Source: an uncultured delta proteobacterium
Lineage (GTDB): Bacteria; Myxococcota_A; Polyangia; Polyangiales; Polyangiaceae
Length of the DNA stretch: 64,000 nt
Assembly (NCBI GenBank): GCA_963716725.1
Contig: CAVQUB010000005.1
Location: 32,001 to 96,000 of the forward strand
Reading direction: 5' to 3'
Part shown: positions 18,884 through 30,121 of the stretch, one piece after another
Layout: every line of letters begins with the position of its first letter
Position numbering within the stretch: the stretch's first letter is position 1
Translations under genes and position numbers: made by a program
Notes under the pieces: model-generated
The model's input: only the letters and a program-made list of their open reading frames with translations
The model's database searches: none
What the model was told of the DNA's origin: nothing

Positions 18884-19957
18884 ATGCGAGAGGCCGTCTT
18901 CATCGCACTCAAGGATCTGCGGCTGCTCGTGCGGGACCGCATGGCGCTGTTCTGGGCGCTGGTCTTCCCCGTGGCGTTTGCCCTGTTCATCGGCAGCGTT
19001 TTGTCCTCGTCGGTGGCTCGCGAGGCAGTGCGCTTGCCGGTCGTCTTCGTGGATAGCGCCGAAACCGACGCTTCGCTTCGACTGAAGCGCGAACTCGACG
19101 CCAATCAGAGTCTGGCGGTAAAGACGGAGACCAGCCCCGACGCTGCGCGCGATGCGGTGCGTCGAGGGCACGCGCTCGGGTACGTTCACCTCAGCGCCAA
19201 GGGCGAGACCGAGTTCGGGGTCGACCCATCGCGGGCGAGTGAAGCCGCTCTGATCAAGGCCGCGCTCTCCGCCGCGCTGGTGACGGTCAGCTTGCCCGAA
19301 GGCAGCCCGGTGGTGGCGGTCCCGCTCAGCGAAGTGGCGGTGATCCGGAGCGGAGCTCCTGCCAACGCCTTCGCGCTGGTCTTCCCCGCGGCCATCGCCT
19401 GGGGGCTGATGGGCTGTGCCGCCACCTTCGCCGTGGCCATGGTCGCCGAGCGGACGGGCGGGACGCTGATTCGACTGCGCGCGGCTCCGCTGCCTCGTGC
19501 CAGCATCGTGCTGGGAAAGGCCTTGGCCTGCACCGTCGCTTGCCTGGTCGATGCAGCGGCCCTGCTCTTGATCGCGCGCGTGGGTTTCGGCGTACGCGCG
19601 CCCGATCTGTCCATGCTCGCCCTCGCGTTGTTCTCCGTGACCGCCTGCTTCGTCGGACTGACGCAGGTGCTGTCGACGCTGGGCAGGACCGAGCAGTCGG
19701 TGTCTGGCGCCGGCTGGGCGACGCTGCTGTTCATGGCCATGCTCGGCGGCGCGATGGTGCCCGTTTCGCTGATGCCGGAGTGGATGCAGCGCCTCTCGGA
19801 TCTCTCGCCGATTCGTTGGGGCATTCTCGCGCTGGAAGGCGCGCTCTGGCGGGGCTTTGGCCTGAGGGACCTGCTCTTGCCTTGCGCTATCCTGCTGGCG
19901 GTGGGCGCGCTGGGCTTTACGCTGGGCCTGCGCATCACGGGCCGGCGCGAGGCATGA
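18884..19957 (+). CDS. ABC-2 type exporter permease
   Basis: KDLRLLVRDR N-terminus, ERTGGTLIRLRAAP, multiple TM helices. Confidence 0.9.
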   Translation: MREAVFIALKDLRLLVRDRMALFWALVFPVAFALFIGSVLSSSVAREAVRLPVVFVDSAETDASLRLKRELDANQSLAVKTETSPDAARDAVRRGHALGYVHLSAKGETEFGVDPSRASEAALIKAALSAALVTVSLPEGSPVVAVPLSEVAVIRSGAPANAFALVFPAAIAWGLMGCAATFAVAMVAERTGGTLIRLRAAPLPRASIVLGKALACTVACLVDAAALLLIARVGFGVRAPDLSMLALALFSVTACFVGLTQVLSTLGRTEQSVSGAGWATLLFMAMLGGAMVPVSLMPEWMQRLSDLSPIRWGILALEGALWRGFGLRDLLLPCAILLAVGALGFTLGLRITGRREA

Positions 19958-20006
19958 CCTTGTTTCGGCCTGAGAGCCTTGACCCGCTCGTCGAATCGAG
20001 AGTCGC

Positions 20007-21500
<1,494 letters not shown>

Positions 21501-21636
21501 CTCCACGCCAGTGGCTTGGGGAGCGCACGCGCGGGGCCGCCCGCATCGCTCCCTTCGACGTGCATCCGCGCCGCGATTGTTCATGCGAATTTCTACTCAT
21601 GCTCAATCAATGCTCATGGCGTCGACTCGCGCTGCG

Positions 21637-21665
21637 TTGACGGTTTGGTACTCGCTGCGTATACG
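21637..21665 (+). promoter_or_regulatory. Candidate sigma70-type promoter
   Basis: TTGACG-17 bp-TATACG upstream of a purine-rich RBS and the ATG at 21686. Confidence 0.5.
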
Positions 21666-21685
21666 AGTGTCAGGGAGAGGGGCGC

Positions 21686-22561
21686 ATGAACTTCAAGGCA
21701 GCGTTATTTGGGCTTCTGGGATCGCTCGCGCTCGGAGCGGGCGTCGTGAGCTGCGGTGACGACGACGACGGTGGCGGCTCGACCGCGGGCGGCGGCACCT
21801 CCGGAACCGGTGGCGCCAGCGGCGGAGCTGCGGGCTCGGGCGGCTCGACCGGTGGCAGCGCAGGCACCGACGCGGGCGCGACGGTCACGTTCAGCGGCAC
21901 TGTGACCGAGTTCTCGTTCACGCCCGGCACAACGACGCCGATCGCGGACGTGCAGATCTGTCTGAGCGGCTCGACCACACCGCCATGCACCAAGACCGAC
22001 GCCAGCGGCAAGTACACCTGGCCCGGCCTGCCTGCGAACACCGAAGGGGCGGCCCTGTTCACCAAGACCGGGTACGCCAGTGTCGCAGTCGTGGGCGTGA
22101 CGGAGACGGCGGACGAAACCATCGACGCGACGATGCCCACGGAGGCCGTGGCGCAGACGTTCGCCACCGCCGCCGGGTTCACCTGGCCGCTGGCAGGCAA
22201 GAGCATCATCGGCTTTGCCGCCGTGGAGGACGTTGCGAGCGATGCGGGCGCCGATGCCGGCACGGTGGCGACCGGGGTCGCTGGAGCGACAGTGTCGATC
22301 AGCCCTTCCGGAGGCAAGGGGCCCGTGTACCTCAACGCCTCCGACCTGCCGGATCAAACTGCGACGGCGACGAGCTCGGCGGGAGCGGGCTTCTTCGGAG
22401 ATCTGCCCCCCGGCGAGTACACCATCAAGGTCACGTCCCCTTCCGGCAAGACGTGCACGCGCGCACCGCAATCCGGTTGGGCCGCCGCCAGCGCCGACTC
22501 GATCAAAGTGCCGGCGATTGCGGACTTCGTGATCAGCGCGGTGCGCTTCGTTTGCAAGTGA
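21686..22561 (+). CDS. Lipoprotein with Gly-rich linker and carboxypeptidase-regulatory-like beta-sandwich domains
   Basis: Lipobox VVSC, GGT/GGS linker, TDASGKY, DLPPGEYTI. Confidence 0.75.
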   Translation: MNFKAALFGLLGSLALGAGVVSCGDDDDGGGSTAGGGTSGTGGASGGAAGSGGSTGGSAGTDAGATVTFSGTVTEFSFTPGTTTPIADVQICLSGSTTPPCTKTDASGKYTWPGLPANTEGAALFTKTGYASVAVVGVTETADETIDATMPTEAVAQTFATAAGFTWPLAGKSIIGFAAVEDVASDAGADAGTVATGVAGATVSISPSGGKGPVYLNASDLPDQTATATSSAGAGFFGDLPPGEYTIKVTSPSGKTCTRAPQSGWAAASADSIKVPAIADFVISAVRFVCK

Positions 22562-22613
22562 GGGACTCGCAGCCCGGGGCGTGACGCTGCCCGAGCATCT
22601 CCGAAGCGGAGAT

Positions 22614-24026
22614 CTAACTGTCTGCCAGTCGTTCGGCGCGGACGCGCGCCGCCGCGCTGCGCGCTTGCCGCACGCAGTCCGGGATGCCGACCCCGTCGTA
22701 GGCTGCGCCGATGACGTACAGCCCCGGCAGGCTGCGGAGACGTGCTTCGATCCGCGCGACGCGCGCGCCGTGCCCGACGATGGGCTGCGGGTTCGAGTCG
22801 ATGTAGCGGAAGATGCGCGTCAGCGACGCGGTCCCGAGTCGGCCCATCAGCTGCTCGAGCGCGCGCTTTGCGATGTCCACGAGGTCTTCGTCACTCGTGT
22901 TCACGACGTCGACCTTGGCGCGGGCGCCGCCCAGGAACGCGCGCACCAAGACGTGGTCCTCCGGCGCTCGGCCGTCCCACTTGCTCGAGACCCAGGTGCC
23001 CGCGATGACCTCGGCCTCGCCCTTGGGAGCTACGAAGCCGACGCCGTCGAGCGGCCGCTCGAGCCCGGCCCGTGGAAAGGCGAAGAAGACAGTCGCCGTG
23101 GAGATGTAGGGGATGGCCGCGAGCTCCGCGGCGAGCTGTGCGTCGGGCACCATCTTCGCCGTCGCGTGGGCCGGCGAAGCGAAGATGACGGCGTCGGCCT
23201 CCAGGCTTTCGTCGCCATCGAGCAATACGCGATACGAGTCGCCGACGGGCTCGACCCGCTCGACGCTGCGACCACACTCGAGCGTGTCGGGGGGGAGACG
23301 CTGCACCAGCGCGTCGACCAGATCGCCCATGCCGCCCTTGAGCGACATGAACGGGCTCGGCGGCCCCGAACTCTTGGTCGCGGCCCCGCTCTGCTTCGAT
23401 CGCGCGAGCTGCAGCGCGAGCAGACCCTTGGCGAGGCTGCGGTGCTTCTTCTCGACCTCGACCAGCTGCGGAAAGGTGGAGAGGATCGAGAGCTCGCCGA
23501 TGTCGCCGGCGTAAATGCCGCCCAAGAGCGGCGCGGCCAGGCGCCGGGCCGCCTCGCGTCCGAAGCGCCGCGCGATGAAGTCCTCGATGCTCTCGTCGCT
23601 GCTCGTGGGACGACGTGGCAACACCAGATCGCCGAGCATGCGCAGCTTGCCCGGGAAGCTCACCAGCGGCGTCGAGAGCATGGGCCCGATCTGGGTTGGG
23701 ATCGCCAGCGCGAGACCCCCGGGCATGGGCTCGAGCCGACCCTGGTGCACCATGTAGACCTTCTTGGCTTCCGGACGCGGCACGATCAGATCGGCGCCGA
23801 GCCCGAGCTCGCGGCACAGCTCTGCGCCCTCGCGCTTGGTGCTCAAGAACGAGTCGGGGCCGCCATCCAGCAAGAAACCATCGCAACGAACGGTCTCGAT
23901 GTTCCCGCCCACGCGGTCACGTCGCTCGATCAGCGTGACGCGCGCGCGCGGTTCGCCATTCGTCAGCACGTACGCGGCGGTCAGGCCCGTGATGCCCGCG
24001 CCGACGACCACCACATGGCGGGTCAT
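22614..24026 (-). CDS. hemY: Protoporphyrinogen/coproporphyrinogen oxidase (HemY type)
   Basis: GAGITGL, GPDSF, GGIYAGD, GVGIPDC; ATGA overlap with hemE. Confidence 0.92.
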   Translation of the reverse strand: MTRHVVVVGAGITGLTAAYVLTNGEPRARVTLIERRDRVGGNIETVRCDGFLLDGGPDSFLSTKREGAELCRELGLGADLIVPRPEAKKVYMVHQGRLEPMPGGLALAIPTQIGPMLSTPLVSFPGKLRMLGDLVLPRRPTSSDESIEDFIARRFGREAARRLAAPLLGGIYAGDIGELSILSTFPQLVEVEKKHRSLAKGLLALQLARSKQSGAATKSSGPPSPFMSLKGGMGDLVDALVQRLPPDTLECGRSVERVEPVGDSYRVLLDGDESLEADAVIFASPAHATAKMVPDAQLAAELAAIPYISTATVFFAFPRAGLERPLDGVGFVAPKGEAEVIAGTWVSSKWDGRAPEDHVLVRAFLGGARAKVDVVNTSDEDLVDIAKRALEQLMGRLGTASLTRIFRYIDSNPQPIVGHGARVARIEARLRSLPGLYVIGAAYDGVGIPDCVRQARSAAARVRAERLADS

Positions 24027-25051
24027 CGGCGAGAGCGCTCGTGCACGACGTCGGCGACGAAGCGCACGCTGTCGGGCGAGGTCTCCGGCAAGATCCCGTG
24101 ACCGAGATTGAAGATGTGCCCCGGCGCCGGACCCGCGGCATCGAGCACCTCGACCACGCGTTTTTCGAGCAGCGGGCGGGGCGCGAAGAGCAGCAGCGGA
24201 TCCAGGTTGCCTTGCACTGCCACGTCGTTGCCCAAGCGAGCGCGCGCGGCGCCCAGCGGCGTGCGCCAGTCGACGCCGATGACGGTGCCGCCGGCCTCCT
24301 TCTGGAGCTCGAGCAGGGTCGCGGTGCCGGTCCCGAAATGGATGACCGGGACGCCGGTCTTGGCGACGTCCTGCAAGATGTGCTGCACGTGCGGCAGGAT
24401 GAACTCGCGGTAGTCGGTGGGGGACAGCGCTCCGATCCACGAGTCGAAGAGCTGAATGGCCTGGGCGCCGGCGGTCACCTGGGCGCGCAGATAGAGACGC
24501 ACGACCTCCGAGAGCTTCTTCATCAGCGTGTTCCAGAGCTCGGGCTCCGAATACATCATCTGCTTGGTCTTGGCGTAGTGCGCGCTCTTGCCGCCCTCGA
24601 CCAGGTAGCTGGCCAGCGTGAAGGGCGCGCCCGCAAATCCGATCAGCGGGGTCTTGCCGTCGAGCTCGGCCCGGATCAGGCGGATCGCCGCCAGCACGTG
24701 GCCCAGACTCTCTTCCGGATCGATCACTCGCAGCGCATCGATGTCGGCAGCCGTGCGTACCGGGTGGTCGAAGACCGGACCTTCACCCGCCGCGAACTCG
24801 AAGGGCGAGCCCATGGGCTCGAGCGGCAGCAAGATGTCCGCGAACAGAATCGCTGCGTCCACGGCCGCCGCGTGCACCGGCTGCAACGTGACTTCGCAAG
24901 CGAGCTCGGGCTGCCGGCAGATCTCGAGCAGCGTGTGCTTCTCGCGGATCTTGCGGTACTCGGCCATGTAGCGGCCAGCCTGCCGCATGAACCAAACTGG
25001 GGTCGCGTCGACCGGCTCGCGCCGGCAAGCGCGTAGGAATCGATCCCACAT
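24023..25051 (-). CDS. hemE: Uroporphyrinogen decarboxylase
   Basis: PVWFMRQAGRY, DAAILFADIL, GFAGAPFTLASY, NLGHGI. Confidence 0.97.
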   Translation of the reverse strand: MWDRFLRACRREPVDATPVWFMRQAGRYMAEYRKIREKHTLLEICRQPELACEVTLQPVHAAAVDAAILFADILLPLEPMGSPFEFAAGEGPVFDHPVRTAADIDALRVIDPEESLGHVLAAIRLIRAELDGKTPLIGFAGAPFTLASYLVEGGKSAHYAKTKQMMYSEPELWNTLMKKLSEVVRLYLRAQVTAGAQAIQLFDSWIGALSPTDYREFILPHVQHILQDVAKTGVPVIHFGTGTATLLELQKEAGGTVIGVDWRTPLGAARARLGNDVAVQGNLDPLLLFAPRPLLEKRVVEVLDAAGPAPGHIFNLGHGILPETSPDSVRFVADVVHERSRR

Positions 25052-25070
25052 CGTGTAGATCCTTCGTCCG

Positions 25071-25658
25071 CTAGCGCTTCTCGTTCTGAGCGGCGGCGGG
25101 CAAGATGGGCTCGTGCGGGGCTTTCTCGCCCTTCTGAGCGCGGTCCTTCATGTCGTACTTGGAGGGGCACTTGGCCATGATCTGATTGGCTTCGAAGTAG
25201 CCCTCGGCGTGGAGCTTTCCTTCGGCGGTGACCTCGACGTCCATGTCGGGCACGTCGCGGAAGGTGTCCGGGACCACGCACTGGGCGTAGCGCACGTCGA
25301 TGGTCTTCTCGTTCTTGACCATGGTGAAGCGGTATTCGCAGGGCTCGTCGCGCCGCTTCAGCGTGCCCTTGAGCAGATTGCCGGCCACGCGCACGTTCCT
25401 GTTGCCGAGCTTCTCGCGTTCGGCCACCAGCTCGTCGACACCCTTGGAATAGACGGCCGAGTCTTCGAAGCTGGTGAGGACCAGCGCGAGGATGCCGCCG
25501 CCCATCACGAGCAGCGCCGCGACCAAGCCGAGGTTCTGCATCTTGCGCTGGGTCGGTGGCTGTTCGGCCGCCGGGGCGGCGACCGGCCGATCGGAGTCGG
25601 GCGCGCCGTCCTCGGAGGTCTGCACCGCTTCCGCCAGCTCTTCGTCGAGCTTGCTCAT
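25071..25658 (-). CDS. ccmE: Cytochrome c maturation heme chaperone CcmE (CxxxY variant)
   Basis: TM anchor, VRVAG, PDTFRD, AEG, AKCPSKY. Confidence 0.88.
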   Translation of the reverse strand: MSKLDEELAEAVQTSEDGAPDSDRPVAAPAAEQPPTQRKMQNLGLVAALLVMGGGILALVLTSFEDSAVYSKGVDELVAEREKLGNRNVRVAGNLLKGTLKRRDEPCEYRFTMVKNEKTIDVRYAQCVVPDTFRDVPDMDVEVTAEGKLHAEGYFEANQIMAKCPSKYDMKDRAQKGEKAPHEPILPAAAQNEKR

Positions 25659-25723
25659 TGAATGCAAAGCGTAGTCGCGTGGTCCCTGTCGGTCCACTGG
25701 CTGGGCATGCCATCGAAGAAAGC

Positions 25724-26212
25724 TCAGTCGATTTTCGGCAGACGGGGCCGGCGGCGGAGTCCCGCGCGGGCGCCCAGCGCGGCGCCGAGCGCAGCCAGCG
25801 CCCCCAAAACGCCCAGCGTTACCGCCGCCACTGGCCAGGGACGCAGTGCGCCGCTCGACACGGTGAAGAGCCAGGCGCCCAAGGCCGCCAAGGTGCACCC
25901 GAGCACAGCCTCGCGCGCCCCCGCGCGCCCCCCGTGACGTCCCACGACGGCGCCGGTGATGCTCGTCGCAGCCACGAGGGACGCGAGCGCCGGAACCACC
26001 AACATCAGCGCGGCCGCTCCCCGCGCCGCGCCGCCGCCGGCGGCGTCGCTCGCCCAACGCGAGAGCAGCGCCCGACCCAGCGCGAGCGCCAGCATGCCGA
26101 GCGGGACCCAGAGCGTGAGGGTGAGCGCGGCTGCGATCGCCACCCACTGCGACGGTGGCCGGGTCTCGCCTTCGTCGTCCGGCGACTGAATCACGGGCAG
26201 GCGTCGCACCAT
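25724..26212 (-). CDS. Hypothetical integral membrane protein
   Basis: About four hydrophobic segments; fills the gap upstream of ccmE. Confidence 0.6.
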   Translation of the reverse strand: MVRRLPVIQSPDDEGETRPPSQWVAIAAALTLTLWVPLGMLALALGRALLSRWASDAAGGGAARGAAALMLVVPALASLVAATSITGAVVGRHGGRAGAREAVLGCTLAALGAWLFTVSSGALRPWPVAAVTLGVLGALAALGAALGARAGLRRRPRLPKID

Positions 26213-26299
26213 CCGAGTCGATCCTTAGCGCGGAATCCGAAAAACCACACAACCCGAGCCCGGCCCACGCCGAAAGGGGTGTAGCCTCACGGCCGTCCG

Positions 26300-27188
26300 A
26301 TGTTCGCGCGCTGGTTCTGCTCCTGCTCCGCTGTCGTGCTCGTCGTGACGCGCTTCGCGACGATCCTGGAAAGTCCCCGGAGGGGGATACCCGACGGGGT
26401 GGGGCAGGCATGGGCGGCCGAATCGGGGATTCGATCCCGAGTCACCGGCCGAGTCGACGCCTGCGCCTGCGCCTGCGCCCGCGACGACGGCGGATCCGCC
26501 GTACGCAGCCTGGCAAGGCTCGGGTCACGCCCCACCCGACGGCTACTCACCCGGATCGATTCCGGCGCCAGCGGTCGGCGCACCCATCTACGCGCGTCGA
26601 ACGGTCGAGCTCATCCCCGCGCTTGGCGTCGCCCTGGCGAACTGTCGCGCCGGCTCCCGCTCCGACAACCGCTGTGATGGCGTCGGCGGCGGCGGCATCG
26701 TCGGGTTCACCGGGCTCTGGCGAGTCACGCCCTACTTCGCGTGGGGTGGCGGCTTCGAGGTCGCGGCGTTCCGCAATCGACCCTCCGAGGAGAGTGAGCT
26801 CTCCGACGCGAGCGCTGCGGCCGTGTGGCTCGGGCTGATCGGTCGGGTGTATTTCAACGACGAAGGCGCCCTCGATCCCTACGTGCAACTCGCCATCGGC
26901 GTCGGTGCGCTCGGCACGCAGGCGACCGATCCGGCGGACGTCACCTGGGAGGAGACCGGCGCCGGACCCGCGGCACAAATTGGCGGGGGCCTCGACTTCC
27001 ACCTTTCGCGATCGCTTCGGCTCGGTCCGTCGCTGACCTACACACGGGTGTTCGTGGACAAGATCCGACGCTGTCAGGCCTCGGGCGGCGGCAAGTGCGA
27101 GGACGTGTCGAAGGACGACGACGGTCACTTGAACTCACACCTGACGCTGGCCGCTCGCCTGACCATCACTCTGGGGGGGGAGCACTGA
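26300..27188 (+). pseudogene. Outer-membrane beta-barrel-like protein with a 54-bp insert in the signal peptide and a +1 frameshift near 26425-26428
   Basis: Signal peptide MFARWFCSCSAVVLVV[insert]GQAWA-AES; a different frame continues GFDPESPAE...ELIPALG...DPYVQLAIG..GGGLDF..LGPSLTY to the stop at 27188. Confidence 0.65.
26348..26401 (+). repeat. 54-bp element (Q nested in P)
   Basis: ACGCGCTTCGCGAC-GATCCTGGAAAGTCCCCGGAGGGGGAT-ACCCGACGGGGTG; no internal stop codon in any of six frames. Confidence 0.85.
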
Positions 27189-27189
27189 C

Positions 27190-28506
27190 GTGGACGAGTT
27201 GGATCTGGTGCGACTCGATCGCCAGATCTCGCGGACGGCCCTGGCCTGGGTGCGGTGGCATCGCCGCCTGCGACGAGGGGCAGCGCTGGAGCACGATCCC
27301 TTCATCGGGCAACCCTTCGTCAGTCGCGACGGGTTCGAGCAAGTGCGAGGGCGGCCCGACGATGATCCGCTGCGCGCCCCGACCTTGCGTTGGCTCTACC
27401 GGTTGCTGCTGGACAAGGCGTGCCTGCCGGCCCTGGTCGAGCTCGCGCGCGCGCGAACGGTCGACCCGCACACGCTCCACCAACCCGCATCCGTATCACT
27501 GCCACTCAATCAGATCTTCGCCCGAGTGCTCTCGGACCGCGCTCGGTCGGAGCAGTGGCTCGCCGAGTGGGAGCGCAGCGCCGGTCCCGCGGCGGAGCTG
27601 GAGCGGCGACTCTGGGAACGCAGGCGCGAGGTCGCGGAACTCCTGCGTGTCGATCCGGAGGCCTTCGAGTCGCCGGCGGAGGGTCTGCCCGATCGCGCCC
27701 GCGCCTGGCTCGATCGGACCCAGGATCGGGCTGACGAGTTTCGAGTCCCGGAGCTTCACCTCTACTTGCGGTCGACCCTGGGCTTCGAGGCCCACGCCGG
27801 CTGGCCCAGCCGACTCAACGCCGAGACCCTCGGCGCGCTGTTTCGCCAGACCCGGCTCCTCGACTCCCTGCCGCTCGAGCCGGGGCCCCTGCCCGCGGCG
27901 CTGGCGCCGGCCAGCTTCTTGCGCGGACTGGCCCGGATCGGCGCCGGTTTTGCCGACGCCCTAGCCCCTCCGGATCAGCCCTTCGTGGTGGCCAACGATG
28001 CCTCCGGCCTGCGCCGCTTGGCCCACGGGGCGCTCTTCGCTGGGCTGGCCGTCGAGCCGGCCTTTGTCAAACGAGAGCTCCGCCTCGGCTCGGGTCAGGC
28101 GGAGGTTCACCGTCGCAGCTTGGCGCGCGTGATCTTGCTCGAGACCCGCGCCAGGGCGGTCCGCGTGGTCTTGCGAGACGCGGCCCACGCAGGTGATCGC
28201 GCTTATCGGCAGACCTTCGAAGAGACGACGGAGCGCTTGCTCGGTCGCCCGCTTCCGATGGCGCTCACCGGAGCGATCTTCGCGCCGCGTCGCGATGAGC
28301 CCCAGCGGTTCTCCGCCATCTTCCTCGCCGCGGGTCGAGCTCGCGATCTCTTGGAAGAGCACGACGAGGATTGGTATCGCAACCCTCGCGCCGTCGAACA
28401 ACTGCGCGCCGAGGCGGCCCTGCCGCCCGCGATCACGGTTTCGAATCGAGCGCTCGATGCCGGCGCGACCGAGCTCGAGCGCGTGCTCGGCTCGATGCTG
28501 GACTGA
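27190..28506 (+). CDS. Hypothetical helical protein, possibly a degenerate M3-peptidase-like fold
   Basis: Long ORF with coding-like codon usage, starting 1 bp after the upstream stop; C-terminal EDWYRNPRA. Confidence 0.65.
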   Translation: MDELDLVRLDRQISRTALAWVRWHRRLRRGAALEHDPFIGQPFVSRDGFEQVRGRPDDDPLRAPTLRWLYRLLLDKACLPALVELARARTVDPHTLHQPASVSLPLNQIFARVLSDRARSEQWLAEWERSAGPAAELERRLWERRREVAELLRVDPEAFESPAEGLPDRARAWLDRTQDRADEFRVPELHLYLRSTLGFEAHAGWPSRLNAETLGALFRQTRLLDSLPLEPGPLPAALAPASFLRGLARIGAGFADALAPPDQPFVVANDASGLRRLAHGALFAGLAVEPAFVKRELRLGSGQAEVHRRSLARVILLETRARAVRVVLRDAAHAGDRAYRQTFEETTERLLGRPLPMALTGAIFAPRRDEPQRFSAIFLAAGRARDLLEEHDEDWYRNPRAVEQLRAEAALPPAITVSNRALDAGATELERVLGSMLD

Positions 28507-29562
28507 TCAGAACCCGTCGGGGGACGGTGTCAGTCCGGTCGATTCGAGGTGGTAGGTGAAGCCGAAGAAGATGGCCGTGGCGGCTGGGTCGGACACGACG
28601 CGACGGACCGCGGCTTCGGCCGCAAACGCGCGGTCGATGTAACCCGCGCCCACGCTCACGGCGTGGCTCTTGGCACCGTCGTCGTAGCGATAGCCGCCGC
28701 GCAGCGCGAACTTGTCGGCGAGCAAGAGCTCGAGACCACCCATGGCGCGCACGGTGGTCTTGTCCCAGGTCGTAAAATCGCTGACCACGTCGCCCTCGAC
28801 GGTGATGTCGCTGGTTCCGATGCCGAGGCCACCACCCACGCTGCTCGGTTGGAAGCCGTGCCCAGGGTTGTTGAGGTTGTTGCCCACCAGCGAGATGGCG
28901 AAGTACTCGGTGGGCTTCAGGGTCGCGCCCGCGTCGAAGGCGAAGCCGCGAACGATGTTCTCGTCGCGGAGGCCGCCCGAGGCCAGGCTGTCTCCGAGGG
29001 GACCGAGGCCGTTCTGTTTCAGCCACAAATAGCGGCCGCCGACGCCCAGCGAGAATTGATCCGAGAACGGCATCGCCAACGCGAATCGCAGATCGGTCGC
29101 TTGGCGATCGATGCCATCGGGGTCCTGAAGCGTCCACACTCCGCCGAAGCCGCCGGCCAGGCGTGTGCTCGACACGATCGAGTCGACAGCGCCGCCGCCG
29201 TAGCTTTGCCGACTCGCTTCGGGCCAGATCTGGGCCAAGGCGCCCAGGTGATAGATGCGCGCGGACGCCATGTTGGCCGGGTTGAGGAAGAGCGCGCTGA
29301 CCGAGTTGCTGTAGGCCCGCAGCGCCCCACCCATCGCCGCGGCGCGCGGGGTCTCGATCTCGCCGTAGTTCCAGCCCACGGCTGGGTCGAGGGTAGACGC
29401 CTCGGCGCTCGCGCGCGCGGCATCGAGGGTGCAGGCGGCCAACGCGCACGCACCGACGAGCGCACGCCTTCGCGCCTTCGAGGCTCCACCAAGACGCTGG
29501 GGTTTCGACACTGGGCCGACAGCTACTCTCCCGCGCCGCTGACGGGCAACAAAACCGAGCAC
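28507..29562 (-). CDS. Outer-membrane beta-barrel protein (FadL/PorV-like); start uncertain
   Basis: PRAAAMGGA...ALFLNPANM plug motif, amphipathic strands, ALRGGY. Confidence 0.75.
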   Translation of the reverse strand: MLGFVARQRRGRVAVGPVSKPQRLGGASKARRRALVGACALAACTLDAARASAEASTLDPAVGWNYGEIETPRAAAMGGALRAYSNSVSALFLNPANMASARIYHLGALAQIWPEASRQSYGGGAVDSIVSSTRLAGGFGGVWTLQDPDGIDRQATDLRFALAMPFSDQFSLGVGGRYLWLKQNGLGPLGDSLASGGLRDENIVRGFAFDAGATLKPTEYFAISLVGNNLNNPGHGFQPSSVGGGLGIGTSDITVEGDVVSDFTTWDKTTVRAMGGLELLLADKFALRGGYRYDDGAKSHAVSVGAGYIDRAFAAEAAVRRVVSDPAATAIFFGFTYHLESTGLTPSPDGF

Positions 29563-30080
29563 GCCCCCAATACGCTCCGATGAGTGCTGTCAAGATTTCT
29601 GCGACGGCGAGCACGAAGAAACAGAAGATCGTCAGCCGAGCAGCACCTGCACTCTTGACTCCGAGAGCGACGAGTTTTCTGCTGCGCGAGCGACAAGACC
29701 ATCGCCGCGAGATGGCAAAGTCGCGTGTCCATGCAGAGTTACGCGCGCGTGTGGAAGACCCGATTGTGCAAGTCGCGACAGGGGGCAAACGTGCTCCCAA
29801 CAAAGCGCCAGCTTTTGTCCCGGATCATCGCGATCGGGAAATCCACGATTGAACTCCGGCAGCGACCGGTGCTAGCTCGGCCTTCCTTTCGACGGTGGTC
29901 ACGGTCGCGACGACCCAACCGCCACCGAAGGAACTCTGGAAGCGAACACTCGACTTCCGGCTGGCAATGAAGCTCGAGAGCTTGGTCTTCAGAGGCGAGG
30001 GCCCGCGGGGCGCAGGTTCCGTTTCCCTCGACTCGAATTCGGGTCCGCAACACGATCCAGATGAGCAGCGGGGCTACAGG

Positions 30081-30112
30081 CTGTCCACACCCTGTGGACA
30101 ACTTGTGGGGAG
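30081..30112. promoter_or_regulatory. DnaA-box cluster upstream of dnaA
   Basis: CTGTCCACA 30081-30089; inverted TTGTCCACA (TGTGGACAA 30093-30101); degenerate TGTGGGGAG 30104-30112. Confidence 0.75.
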
Positions 30113-30121
30113 CAATCTTCC

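Noticed and set aside
26265..26281. CACGCCGAAAGGGGTG resembling the P hairpin end
   Set aside because: Stem is imperfect and the CGCTTCG half is absent; cannot be distinguished from chance.
28514..28526. CCCGTCGGGGGAC resembling module Q
   Set aside because: Too short, lacks the CCTGGRAAG part, and encodes the natural C-terminus SPDGF.
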